Source: Macrostomum lignano (taxonomy: Eukaryota). From it: 64,000 nucleotides of DNA. The stretch spans positions 1 to 64,000 of the forward strand of contig NIVC01001925.1 in the NCBI GenBank assembly GCA_002269645.1. Reading direction: 5' to 3'. The position numbers and the translations under genes were made by a program. The notes below the pieces were generated by a model. The model was not told where the DNA came from, searched no databases, and saw only the letters and a program-made list of their open reading frames with translations. Positions 26,701 to 61,300 of the stretch are shown here, piece after piece. The first letter of the stretch is position 1. Every line of letters begins with the position of its first letter.

Positions 26701-29700
26701 ATGAATATGGTTTTAAAACAACTAATAATTTGCATATTAATAAGTCGTTACGTAATTTAGTGAATTATATTACGTGCTTCTGAAAAAAAGTCTTTTTCAG
26801 TATCTTAGACACTGATAAATTAAACAATTAAAGGTTTCATAAATAACTATCGCAGCCTAAGTTTGTCGCTATATTCGGGGCATCTAAGTTGCACATAAGC
26901 TGCACATATAATCTTCCAACTATTTTAATTGCACTAAACATATAAAGATTTTTTGTTCATGCACACAAAATTGAACTGCCATTTACATGGCTATGCCATT
27001 TTCTATTTCCATCTATTGAATTCAGAGGCAATACATATTGCAGTTGATATACACTGTCTGATCAAAGGTATAACAGGTTGATTAAGTTAAATTCCAACGT
27101 TTTTTGGTACTTTGATTTCCGACGTTTTCGCGACGTCAAAGTTTCACCAATAAAGGCCGCGACTTTCGCGAACTAACGCGACGTTGCCGCGACGAAGTGT
27201 GTTACTAGGGATGACCATCTCAGATGCTGCATGATTATCTGGGATGCTGTATGATCATCTGGGATGCTGTATGACCATCTGGTATCCTGTATGATCATAT
27301 GGGATCCTGTATGACCATCTGGGATGCTGTATGATCATCTGGGATGCTGTATGATCATCTGGGATGCTGTATGACCATCTGGGATCCTGTATGATCATAT
27401 GGGATCCTGTATGACCATCTGGGATGCTGTATGATCATCTGGGATGCTGTATGATCATCTGGGATGCTGTATGATCATCCGGGATCCTGTATGACCATCT
27501 GGGATCCTGTATGACTATCTGGGATCCTGTATGATCATATGGGATCCTGTATGACCATCTGGGATGCTGTATGATCATCTGGGATGCTGTATGACCATCT
27601 GGGATCCTGTATGATCATATGGGATCCTGTATGACCATCTGGGATGCTGTATGATCATCTGGGATGCTTTATGATCATCCGGGATGCCGTATGATCATCT
27701 GGGATGCTGTATGATCATCTGGGATGCTGTATGATCATCCGGGATCCTGTATGACCATCTGGGATCCTGTATGACTATCTGGGATCCTGTATGATCATAT
27801 GGGATCCTGTATGACCATCTGGGATGCTGTATGATCATCTGGGATGCTGTATGACCATCTGGGATGCTGTATGATCATCTGGGATGCTGTATGATCATCT
27901 GGGATGCCGAATGATCATCTGGGATGCTTTATGATCATCCGGGATGCTTTATGATCATCTGGGATGCTGTATGATCATCTGGGATCCTGTATGATCATCT
28001 GGGATGCCGTATGATCATCTGGGATGCTGTATGATCATCTGGGATGCCATATGATCATCTGGGATGATGTATGATCATCCGGGATGCCGTATGATCATCT
28101 GGGATGCCGAATGATCATCTGGGATGCTTTATGATCATCCGGGATGCTGTATGATCATCTGGGATGCCGTATGATCATCTGGGATGCTGTATGATCATCT
28201 GGGATGCCGTATGCTCATCTAGGATGCTGTATGATCATCTGGGATGCTGTATGATCATCTGGGATGCCGAATGATCATCTGGGATGCTTTATGATCATCC
28301 GGGATGCTGTATGATCATCTGGGATCTTGTATGATCATCTGGGATGCTGTATGATCATCCGGGATCCTGTATGACCATCTGGGATCCTGTATGACTATCT
28401 GGGATCCTGTATGATCATATGGGATCCTGTATGACCATCTGGGATGCTGTATGATCATCTGGGATGCTGTATGACCATCTGGGATCCTGTATGATCATAT
28501 GGGATCCTGTATGACCATCTGGGATGCTGTATGATCATCTGGGATGCTTTATGATCATCCGGGATGCTTTATGATCATCTGGGATGCTGTATGATCATCT
28601 GGGATCCTGTATGATCATCTGGGATGCCGTATGATCATCTGGGATGCCGTATGATCATCTGGGATGCCATATGATCATCTGGGATGATGTATGATCATCC
28701 GGGATGCCGTATGATCATCTGGGATGCCGAATGATCATCTGGGATGCTTTATGATCATCCGGGATGCTGTATGATCATCTGGGATGCCGTATGATCATCT
28801 GGGATGCTGTATGATCATCTGGGATGCCGTATGCTCATCTAGGATGCTGTATGATCATCTGGGATGCTGTATGATCATCTGGGATGCCGAATGATCATCT
28901 GGGATGCTTTATGATCATCCGGGATGCTGTATGATCATCTGGGATCTTGTATGATCATCTGGGATGCTGTATGATCATCTGGGATCCTGTATGATCATCT
29001 TGGATGCTGTATGATCCTCTGGGATGCTGTATGATCATCTGGGATGCTGTATGATCATCTGGGATGCTGTATGATCATCTGGGATGCTTTATGATCCTCT
29101 GGGATGCCATATGATCATCTGGGATGCCATATGATCATCTGGGATGCTGTATGATCATCTGGGATGCTGTATGATCATCTGGGATGCTGTATGATCATCT
29201 GGGATGCTGTATGATCATCTGGGATGCTGTATGATCATCTGGGATGCCATATGATCATCTGGGATGCTGTATGATCATCTGGGATGCTGTATGATCATCT
29301 AGGATGCTGTATGATCATCTTGGATGCTGTATGATCATCTGGGATGCTGTATGATCAGTTGGGATGTTGTGGGGTGCTTTGGGCATCAGCTTGATTATTT
29401 TGGATACATTAGGGATTAGTGGCATCATATAGGATTCGGTGGGAGAATTTGGGATTCAGTGGAGTCATTTAGAATCATTGAATATCGATTTGTGTGATAA
29501 TTTAGGATCGTCCAGGATTCCCTGGGATCGCTAGTCTAGAATGTAGTTTCTTAGAAAGAACGGATCGGACCTGTTTCGTAGAAATGGCGGCTTTTAGCAA
29601 GCCTCTGGAAACCTTCATCCGCAGCATCCCGGCCTGGGCCGGCATTCTGTCCGTTGGCGTCGGGGACAGCCTGGCCGGCCTGGTTGGCTCCCGTTTCGGC

Positions 29701-29925
29701 CGGGTCCGCTGGCCGCAGATGTCCCGGACACTGGAGGGCAGCGCCGCCTGTTTTTTCGGCCAGCTGGCCAGCCTGCGCTGCCTGCTGTCGGCCAGCGGCC
29801 TGGACTCTGCCGGCTGGCCCGCCTACCTGCTGCCCGTGTTCAGCGTCACCTTGGTTGAGGCCTTCCTGGCTCAAGTGGACAACCTGGCACTGCCGCTGTG
29901 TCTGTACTTCCTGCTGGCACAGTAG
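20739..29925 (+). CDS. DOLK: Dolichol kinase (polytopic CTP-dependent kinase), with an apparent 1-nt frameshift in exon 2
   Basis: Exons 20739-21157, 21792-22477 and 29598-29925. The protein is hydrophobic and has RKLFHFL, LLLTPLALLLGLAAPIWL, AGILSVGVGDSLAGLVGSRFGRVRW and RTLEGS, VEAF..QVDNL.LP. The exon sum of 1433 nt is one base short of a multiple of 3; the frame changes at about 21960-21995. Confidence 0.88.
21205..21735. repeat. Purine-rich (GA) minisatellite, DOLK intron 1
   Basis: Directly visible. Confidence 0.92.
22510..23182. repeat. 20-bp satellite (ATGATCATCTGGGATGCTGT), left arm, DOLK intron 2
   Basis: Directly visible; interrupted by the transposon. Confidence 0.96.
24241..25660 (-). 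pseudogene. Decayed DUF4806-like accessory gene of the transposon
   Basis: The N-terminal FCVVEFADKSVEYVSEAWL...CYWPP...AIK is followed by a TAG (25498-25500) where W is expected. The C-terminal SFSFAGRREKAAFKDSILWTIVRGA...EIEAAVKEVLKHA is DUF4806-like. The middle contains stops and frameshifts. Confidence 0.55.
25664..25969 (-). pseudogene. C-terminal remnant of an EnSpm/CMC-type transposase-like protein
   Basis: PDSFIE...YYRIVNVL...LVCRRF...FFAYPVESEKMGIHLVSNL...I.EVKRKFYGLP...VLTPMF resembles the C-terminus of animal EnSpm-like transposases (recognised by pattern, not by search). No catalytic core is visible. Confidence 0.5.
27211..29360. repeat. 20-bp satellite (ATGATCATCTGGGATGCTGT), right arm, DOLK intron 2
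   Basis: Directly visible; resumes in phase after the transposon. Confidence 0.96.
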
Positions 29926-30445
29926 GGCTGGGAGAGATGAGAGATGGGAAAGGGAGACATGAGAGAGCTGGAGAGGGAGATGGGAAAGGGAGATGAGAAA
30001 GGGAGATCGGAGATCGGAGAGAGATGGGAAAGGGAGATTGGAGATCGAAGAGAGATGGGAAAGGGAGATTGGAGATCAGAGAGAGATGGGAAAGGGAGAT
30101 TGGAGATCGGAGAGAGATGGGAAAGGGAGATTGGAGATCAGAGAGAGATGGGAGAGGAAGATTGGAGATCAGAGAGAGATGGGAAAGGGAGATTGGAGAT
30201 CAGAGAAAGATGGGAAAGGGAGATTGGAGATCGAAGAGAGATGGGAAAGGGAGATTGGAGATCGGAGAGAGATGGGAAAGGGAGATTGGAGATCGAAGAG
30301 AGATGGGAAAGGGAGATTGGAGATCAGAGAGAGATGGGAAAGGGAGATTGGAGATCAGAGAGAGATAGGAAAGGGAGATTGGAGATCGGAGAGAGATGGG
30401 AAAGGGAGATGGGAAATAGAGATGGGAAAGGGAGATGGGAAAGAC
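29925..30445. repeat. 30-bp purine-rich minisatellite (GAGAGATGGGAAAGGGAGATTGGAGATCAG)
   Basis: Starts immediately after the DOLK stop codon. Confidence 0.93.
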
Positions 30446-30456
30446 TGATGAGGGCT

Positions 30457-30535
30457 GAGCAGTTCTCTCGCGCCAAGCTCCCGGGTTCGTTTCCTTGCGC
30501 GATCAGATTGAATTTGGGGCTCGTGCAATTCTCAC
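30457..30535 (+). mobile_element. 5'-truncated second copy of the tRNA-derived SINE-like element
   Basis: B box GGTTCGTTTCC at 30484-30494, followed by AATTTGGGGCTCGTGCAATT. It is collinear with 35340-35450. Confidence 0.45.
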
Positions 30536-31273
30536 GCCCTCGTAGACTTGTTGTGTTCTCATGATCCAACCAAATGAGTCATTTCCCTTGTTGATCATGT
30601 CATTTGAGTCTTATTATATTATACTGCTCTGTCGGCACGTGATTGAACCATCGCCATATCCTACTTAGTTCTACTATTAGATATTTATGTAATATTATTG
30701 TGTTTACAATGAAATATAATAAAACTATATATATTTGGCATTTCTACTTTATGACCAAATAAAGGATTAGCATATCAATATGCAATCACTTTTTTGCAGC
30801 GCAAAATACATTTGTTTTGCTTTTTTAGAAGAACGGGGTACATTTACAGGGTACAGTGCGTACTTTTGACTATTAGCTGGAGTTTATATTATGTGTACAG
30901 CAATAGTGTCAGTCTTACTTTAATAGTAATAAACATTATATGCTACTTGTCTATGCTACTGTAAGTAGTAAGACACATGAATAGTGTGACTTGTTTAGCG
31001 AACATTGCATCGAAGCTGGGAGCAAACCAACTTTCAGTTAAAGCTTAAGCTGATCAGGATTACCGGAAGCTGCATATGAGATTGGGTGGAAGCTGATCAG
31101 GGTTACTGGAAGCTGATGAAATTGGGGTGGAAGCTGATCATGGTTACCGGATGCTGATGAGATCAACATAATTTAACGGGATTTAGATAGATGTACCGGA
31201 AGTGGCGGCGCCTTAGATCAGTCAAGTGCAGACGCGTTAACGGAGATCGTTGGATGTCAGCAGCAGGGCAGGT

Positions 31274-41991
<10,718 letters not shown>

Positions 41992-42664
41992 GCAGGACGC
42001 AATCTCTTGGTGTCCTTGATCTTCAACTTCAAATACAAGATGCTATGGTACTGGAGCGCAACGAGTCTTGAGTTTCTGGGGCTTACTGGAGTAGACTTAC
42101 TCAGATATTTAATATGCGATGCTACGGTACGCCCTCCTTTCTCTTTGTGCAGCCAGAGAAGAATTATTTTTCATTTCTTAGTCTCTCCTCTCCTTCCCCC
42201 TCTCCCGTGGCTTGTGATTCGCGCCTGAAACGCCTGGAGTACAGCCGAGCGTGACCGGGGGGCGGGGGGCCTTCATAGGGCGGCGGCCCAGCGTTTGTGT
42301 GCGATTGTGCTCAGTCTGTCTCTCCTTTTAGAGACTGAGAAAGGAAGGACTAGAGTCGAATGGTAGAAATATTTTTCACACGCCTTTTTCCTCCCTCTGG
42401 CTGCGGGTGGTACAGCTCTTGCACTCAGCTGCTGCTTTATTCTCTTGAGTAGCCTGTGTGACTTTCCATCTCTCTGAATGTGTTTGTCCTAGACTACGCA
42501 CAGCCAGTTAGTTCAATACCGCTCCGCTTTCATACATGAAGTCCCACGATAAAAATACTGAAGCTGAGGGTTGTAGCGGGATCGTGCAAAAATTATCAAC
42601 CGAAAAATAAAGACTGACTCGCCTTTTTCAAGCAAAACTTTCGCTTTAATTTTCTTCGATTAGG

Positions 42665-43550
42665 GAGTGGCAGTCGGATTGAACAGTGGGGAGGGTCCGG
42701 GAGTGAGTTGGCTGTCGGATTGAACAGTGGGGAGGGTCGGGGAGTGAGTTGGCTGTCGGATTGAACAGTGGGGAGGGTTAGGGAGTGAGTTGGCTGTCGG
42801 ATTGAACAGTGGGTAGGGTCGGGGAGTGAGTTGGCTGTCGGATTGAACAGTGGGTAGGGTCGGGGAGTGAGTTGGCTGTCGGATTGAACAGTGGGGAGGG
42901 TTAGGGAGCGAGGTGGCTGTCGGATTGAACAGTGGGTAGGGTCGGGGAGTGAGTTGGCTGTCGGACTGAACAGTGGGTAGGGTCGGGGAGTGAGTTGGCT
43001 GTCGGACTGAACAGTGGGTAGGGTCGGGGAGTGAGTTGGCTGTCGGATTGAACAGTGGGGAGGGTTAGGGAGTGAGGTGGCTGTCGGATTGAACAGTGGG
43101 GAGGGTTAGGGAGTGAGGTGGCTGTCGGATTGAACAGTGGGTAGGGTCGGGGAGTGAGTTGGCTGTCGGATTGAACAGTGGGGAGGGTTAGGGAGTGAGT
43201 TGGCTGTCGGATTGAACAGTGGGGAGGGTTAGGGAGTGAGGTGGCTGTCGGATTGAACAGTGGGTAGGGTCGGGGAGTGAGTTGGCTGTCGGATTGAACA
43301 GTGGGGAGGGTTAGGGAGTGAGGTGGCTGTCGGATTGAACAGTGGGGATTGGGTTGAACAGTGGGGATTGGGTCAGGGAGTGAGGTGGTTGTCATATTGA
43401 ACAGTGGGGAGGGCCTAGTGAGGTGGCTGTCGGATTGAACAGTGGGGATTGGGTCAGGGAGTGAGGTGGCTGTCATATTGAACAGTGGGGAGGGTCAAGG
43501 AGTGAAGTGGCTGTCATATTGAACAGTGGGGAGGGTCAAGGAGTGAGGCT
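42665..43550. repeat. About 38-40-bp minisatellite (GGAGTGAGTTGGCTGTCGGATTGAACAGTGGGGAGGGTC), between WDR19 and PHLPP
   Basis: Directly visible. Confidence 0.94.
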
Positions 43551-43903
43551 TGGCAAAGAGACGTCATAAAAAATTTTTTTTAATCACAAGGCCATTTTTA
43601 TTGCCTTATTGGGCCAAAGCTTGCTTATATTTATTTTCGCATAGATAAGACTCATCGAGTTTGTAGAGTGCAATGCACAGAAAAAATGAAAATATTACGT
43701 GAAAATATAGAAATATTAAATTGAACTCCTAAACAATAAAATCAAGGCATTTGTGCCACAACAAAGACTTATTATAGGGCTTGCTCACAAGGGACTACTT
43801 TAGTATTATTTCTTTACGAGTACTTTCATATTTTTGTAGTTTCAGGGAGTGCCAATAATTATTGTAATAAAGAGCAAAAGTTTTGTCGTCAAAAAAGCTT
43901 CAG

Positions 43904-55302
<11,399 letters not shown>

Positions 55303-58300
55303 GTTGTAGTTGGAGCGCGCAGCATGGGTTTTGGCCACAGACGCAAAAATATATTGACTGATACAAAATCGAATGGAATTCCCATATTGAAAAGAACTAA
55401 CCAAACACTTTTTTGTTGCTCTAAAAAGCAAAAGGTTTTCCTAAAATAAGAAAAGGGTTTAAATATATATAGAATCAGTTGATGCACTTTTTCAAAAAAA
55501 ACACTACGGTGAAAGAAATTAGTATGTTTGTTAAAACTCCTTAAAACGACAAAATTAAAAAACTGCCTAAAGTTCCTCGACCATATAACCGTAACTCGAT
55601 TTAACTACCTGACTGAAGTCCTGACTTTTGTCAATTCGCTGTTAAGCATTAGCTTTTGCAGTTGCAAGGCGTTTATAGTTCCAAATCCATATCCCATAGG
55701 AATCTTTTTTTCACTGATTAGACAATGGCGATGGCGAACAGAACAGCTAGGTTAGTAGGCTCTAGTCTAGTCTAGAAGTGCGAGTGCCTAGACATGCTAG
55801 GCCTATACCCTAAGTAAAGCATAATTTAATGAAAGACATTTTTTAGACCCTGCAGACGCCGTTTGGGTGTATGAAACACAGCAATGGGACAGTTAGTCTC
55901 TATATATATTTTTATTGATTAGGCCTAAAAAATAATAACAGTTTTTGATTAGACCTTATAGTTGCTCTAATCTAATCAAAGCCAAGCGCCAAATAGATAG
56001 GCCTAGGGGGGCCTAATATTTGTAATTTATATAGATGTCTAGATAGATATAAACTAACAAACCATTTAAGTTAAAATTACTCTTAAAATCAAACTTTAAA
56101 ATAGGACCAATTCTAAGTGCAGTATCATAGCATTAATTCTTATGTTTTGTTATGAACATAGCTTATATTCACTTTCATTATATGATCATTTAACTGGTGA
56201 ATTTATATGTAGATAGTCATAAGACAAAACCAAAAGAGTTTATAGGTTTTAAAATATACTAATAGTAAAATTTATATTGGAAGGATCATATTTCAAAATT
56301 CTAGGAATTTTTGGTATATTAATCAATTAATGGTTTTGTCTTGGCTAGGTGTATATCTTGGACATTCCACAAAAAAACAAAAATTAGACATTTATAACTA
56401 TTGTACCTGTATTTAGCCCCCTTCACTTTTATCTCACAATCCCCCTAGTGAAATAAACATATGTTTTATATTGAATGGGGATCTTAAAACAAAAGTGAGG
56501 TTGTGTAGAAGCAATTATCATAACAAATAATTTTGTTTTCAATTATTTGTCAATCATTGATAGAGATATACTGTTTGATGTAGACTACATAGACTTTGTA
56601 TCTATAGAATGAACACAATCAAACTGCAAATTTGGGACCATGTCACCATACTTGCATACTAATCCATTCAATTTTGTGATAGGCCCCCCTTACAATCCCT
56701 TCAATACAATTTTATTATTGGTGTGGTTATAATTTGAAACCTACAAGCTTTTTTGGTTTTGTCTTACAATCATCTATATACAATTTAACCATTTAAATGA
56801 TTAGGCCCTATGTGATGAAAGTGGATATAAGCTATATTTCTATAACTTTTTATGCTACATTTTAATGACAATTGCAATGATGATTTAGAGTGATTTGGAA
56901 AATGAAGACAATATACAATAATTGTGAAACAATTTTTGATATATTAAAGTGTCTTGACTTTGACTATTTTTTTAACAGGGATTGTAAAATGAAGCTTGAC
57001 TTGCTCTTGGATTATCTAATGAAATAATGCCTAAAAGTCTATATAAATAGTATCTTTTGGCTTTATTGCTAGTCCTAGAATATAAAATTATATATAGGGT
57101 CTAGTTTTAATTTAAGATATCATTTTTAAATCAAGAATGCAATTTTTCCTTTTTTCTACAAAAGAAAAATATAATATTTGCCATATATGACAAGTTTTGC
57201 CAATAATAAGGTGCAATATTATATTCTAAGGCCCAATCTTACAATAGGCTCTTATAACTTTTTCTAAATTTGTTGTAATGCCCATGACTAAATACTATAA
57301 AGTTATACTAGTGCTAATAATTATCTGGATGCTTCATTAGATTTTATTATTTTCTTTTTAATTTAATATGGTTTTTCATTCAGATTTATATAAGCAAATA
57401 TATTTATTAAAATTACTATTGCTAGCTAATAATAAATAAGCATCTTACTTCATTTGACTAATAATATACCCCATGTTAGCTTGCTGTGTTGCCTAAGCAA
57501 GTCCATATCTGTCTTAGTACTATATATAGTCTCAACCATTGCCTAGAAGTCTTAGTGCTATCTTTGTAGATACCAGGAACCAGACTGCCAAGTTAAAAAA
57601 ACTGCTAACAATATAGAAGCTTCATACACTTGTCGCAACAGCAATCAGCTTATCATAATTCTGTCTATTCTTTCAAATGATTTGGCTTCAATGTTTTCAA
57701 GGAAAGAGTAGAGACATTTCCAATATACTAAAAATGAAAATCTTGCTTGCTTGTAATCGATTAGAGAAAAAATGGCTTAACCGATTTTTATGAGACTTGC
57801 ACTGTTCGATCAGAAATTTTCCCGTGACGGTACATGCATCGTGGCTAAGAAATTGCTCGATGCTAAAGGCATTAAATATTCGAAAAACATGCTTTTTTGC
57901 AAAGGTCAAGCAAACTTTTTGACTTGAAATGCATTGTAAGAATGCTAGAGAAAAAACTGACTGGTTGAATTCTGATTCTGAAATAGATTGCATCATCACT
58001 GAATTGTAACTCCGACTTGAATTGAAAATGCAGTGTGGAAGCGTAGCACAGACTTGATTTAAATTGCGTAACCATAATTGTTAACTGATACTGACTGACT
58101 GAGAAACTGATTATGTCATAACTGCTTCGTGTGATTTACTCTATGCTTAGATTTTAAAGTGTTGAATTATATAAGTGCAAAATTTGATGTTATCAAAACG
58201 ATGAGAGCTAGCCTAGAGGTGAACAAACTGAACTGCTAAATGCAGCGACGGTGGTTCGAATTTTCATAGAGTATAATTTTTTTAATTAAAGCTTTTCAAC

Positions 58301-58329
58301 GTCAGGAAAACTAAAAGACTTTTTAAAAA

Positions 58330-61300
58330 GAAGCGTCATGTAAAAATCATAGAAGCGTCATGTAAAAATCATAGAAGCGTCATGTCAAAAATCATAAAAG
58401 CGTCATGTAAAAATCATAGAAGCGTCTTTTAAAAAAATCATAGAAGCGTCATGTAAACAATCATAGAAGCGTCATGTAAACAATCATAGGAGCGTCATGT
58501 AAAAAATCATAGAAGCGTCATGCAAACAATCATAGAAGCGTCATGTAAAAATCAAAGAAGCGTCATATAAACAATCATAGAAGCGTCATGTAAACAATCA
58601 TTGAAGCGTCATGTAAAAATCATAAAAGCGTCATGAAAAAATCATAGAAGCGTCATGTAAAAAATCATAGAAGCGTCATGTAAACAATCATAGAAGCGTC
58701 ATGTAAACAATCATAAAAGCGTCATGAAAAAATCATAGAAGCGTCATATAAACAATCATAGAAGCGTCATGTAAACAATCATAGAAGCGTCATGTAAAAA
58801 ATCATCGAAGCGTCATATAAACAATCACTGAAGCGTCATGTAAACAATCATAAAAGCGTCATGTAAAAAATCATAGAAGCGTCATGTAAACAATCATAGA
58901 AGCGTCATTTAAAAAAATCATAGAAGCGTCATATAAACAATAATTGAAGCGTCATTTAAAAAAATCAAAGAAGCGTCATATAAACAATCATAGAAGCGTC
59001 TTTTAAAAAAATCATAGAAGCGTCATATAAACAATCATAGAAGCGTCATGTAAACAATCATAGAAGCGTCATGTAAAAAATCATAGAAGCGTCATGTAAA
59101 CAATCATAGAAGCGTCATGTAAAAAATCATAGAAGCGTCATGTAAACAATCACTGAAGCGTCATGTAAACAATCATAGAAGCGTCATGTAAACAATCATA
59201 GAAGCGTCATGTAAAAATCATAGAAGCGTCATGTAAACAATCACTGAAGCGTCATGTAAACAATCATAGAAGCGTCATGTAAACAATCATAGAAGCGTCA
59301 TGTAAACAATCATAAAAGCGTCATGTAAAAATCATAAAAGCGTCATGAAAAAATCATAGAAGCGTCATATAAACAATCATAGAAGCGTCATGTAAACAAT
59401 CATAGAAGCGTCATGTAAACAATCATAGAAGAGTCATGTAAAAAATCATCGAAGCGTCATATAAACAATCACTGAAGCGTCATGTAAAAAATCATAAAAG
59501 CGTCATGTAAAAAATCATAGAAGCGTCATGTAAAAAATCATAGAAGCGTCATTTAAAAAAATCATAGAAGCGTCATATAAACAATCATAGAAGCGTTATG
59601 TAAACAATCATAGAAGCGTCATATAAACAATCATAGAAGCGTCTTTTAAAAAAATCATAGAAGCGTCATATAAACAATCATAGAAGCGTCATGTAAACAA
59701 TCATAGAAGCGTCATGTAAAAAATCATAGAAGCGTCATGTAAACAATCATAGAAGCGTCATGTAAAAAAATCATAGAAGCGTCATGTAAACAATCACTGA
59801 AGCGTCATGTAAACAATCATAGAAGCGTCATGTAAACAATCATAGAAGCGTCATGTAAACAATCATAGAAGCGTCATGTAAACAATCACTGAAGCGTCAT
59901 GTAAACAATCATAGAAGCGTCATGTAAACAATCATAGAAGCGTCATGTAAAAATCATAGAAGCGTCATGTAAACAATCACTGAAGCGTCATGTAAACAAT
60001 CATAGAAGCGTCATGTAAACAATCATAGAAGCGTCATATAAACAATCATAAAAGCGTCATGTAAAAATCATAAAAGCGTCATGAAAAAATCATAGAAGCG
60101 TCATATAAACAATCATAGAAGCGTCATGTAAACAATCATAGAAGCGTCATGTAAACAATCATAGAAGAGTCATGTAAAAAATCATCGAAGCGTCATATAA
60201 ACAATCACTGAAGCGTCATGTAAAAAATCATAAAAGCGTCATGTAAAAAATCATAGAAGCGTCATGTAAAAAATCATAGAAGCGTCATTTAAAAAAATCA
60301 TAGAAGCGTCATATAAACAATCATAGAAGCGTTATGTAAACAATCATAGAAGCGTCATATAAACAATCATAGAAGCGTCTTTTAAAAAAATCATAGAAGC
60401 GTCATATAAACAATCATAGAAGCGTCATGTAAACAATCATAGAAGCGTCATGTAAAAAATCATAGAAGCGTCATGTAAACAATCATAGAAGCGTCATGTA
60501 AAAAATCATAAAAGCGTCATGTAAACAATCACTGAAGCGTCATGTAAACAATCATAGAAGCGTCATGTAAACAATCATAGAAGCGTCATGTAAAAATCAT
60601 AGAAGCGTCATGTAAACAATCACTGAAGCGTCATGTAAACAATCATAAAAGCGTCATGTAAAAAATCATAGAAGCGTCATGTAAAAAATCATAGAAGCGT
60701 CATTTAAAAAAATCATAGAAGCGTCATATAAACAATCATAGAAGCGTCATGTAAACAATCATAGAAGCGTCATATAAACAATCATAGAAGCGTCTTTTAA
60801 AAAAATCATAGAAGCGTCATATAAACAATCATAGAAGCGTCATGTAAACAATCATAGAAGCGTCATGTAAAAAATCATAGAAGCGTCATGTAAACAATCA
60901 TAGAAGCGTCATGTAAAAAATCATAGAAGCGTCATGTAAACAATCATAGAAGCGTCATGTAAAAAATCATAGAAGCGTCATGTAAACAATCACTGAAGCG
61001 TCATGTAAACAATCATAGAAGCGTCATGTAAACAATCATAGAAGCGTCATGTAAAAATCATAGAAGCGTCATGTAAACAATCACTGAAGCGTCATGTAAA
61101 CAATCATAGAAGAGTCATGTAAACAATCATAGAAGCGTCATGTAAACAATCATAAAAGCGTCATGTAAAAATCATAAAAGCGTCATGAAAAAATCATAGA
61201 AGCGTCATATAAACAATCACTGAAGCGTCATGTAAACAATCATAGAAGCGTCATGTAAAAAATCATAGAAGCGTCATTTAAAAAAATCATAGAAGCGTCA

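Larger units (their letters stand above)
23183..27210 (-). mobile_element. Degenerate, probably non-autonomous TIR DNA transposon (CMC/EnSpm-like), 4028 bp
   Basis: Perfect 34-bp inverted repeat CCTAGTAACACACTTCGTCGCGGCAACGTCGCGT at 23184-23217 and 27176-27209. AT flanks both ends (23181-82 and 27211-12), and excision restores the satellite phase. Subterminal CGCGAC motifs are present, with internal coding remnants on the minus strand. Confidence 0.85.

Noticed and set aside
23186-27207. TA- or CTAG-duplicating (Tc1/mariner, piggyBac-like) or Academ TAG..CTA boundaries for the transposon
   Set aside because: Only the 23183-27210 boundary with an AT TSD restores the satellite exactly.
6957-29925. 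EDEM3 and DOLK as a functional glycosylation gene cluster
   Set aside because: Two adjacent ER-pathway genes can easily be coincidence, and no synteny data are available.
57488-57501. GTTGCCTAAGCAAG as the WDR19 promoter X-box
   Set aside because: It is an imperfect match, 2.2 kb from the ATG, and lies within apparently hypermutated DNA.
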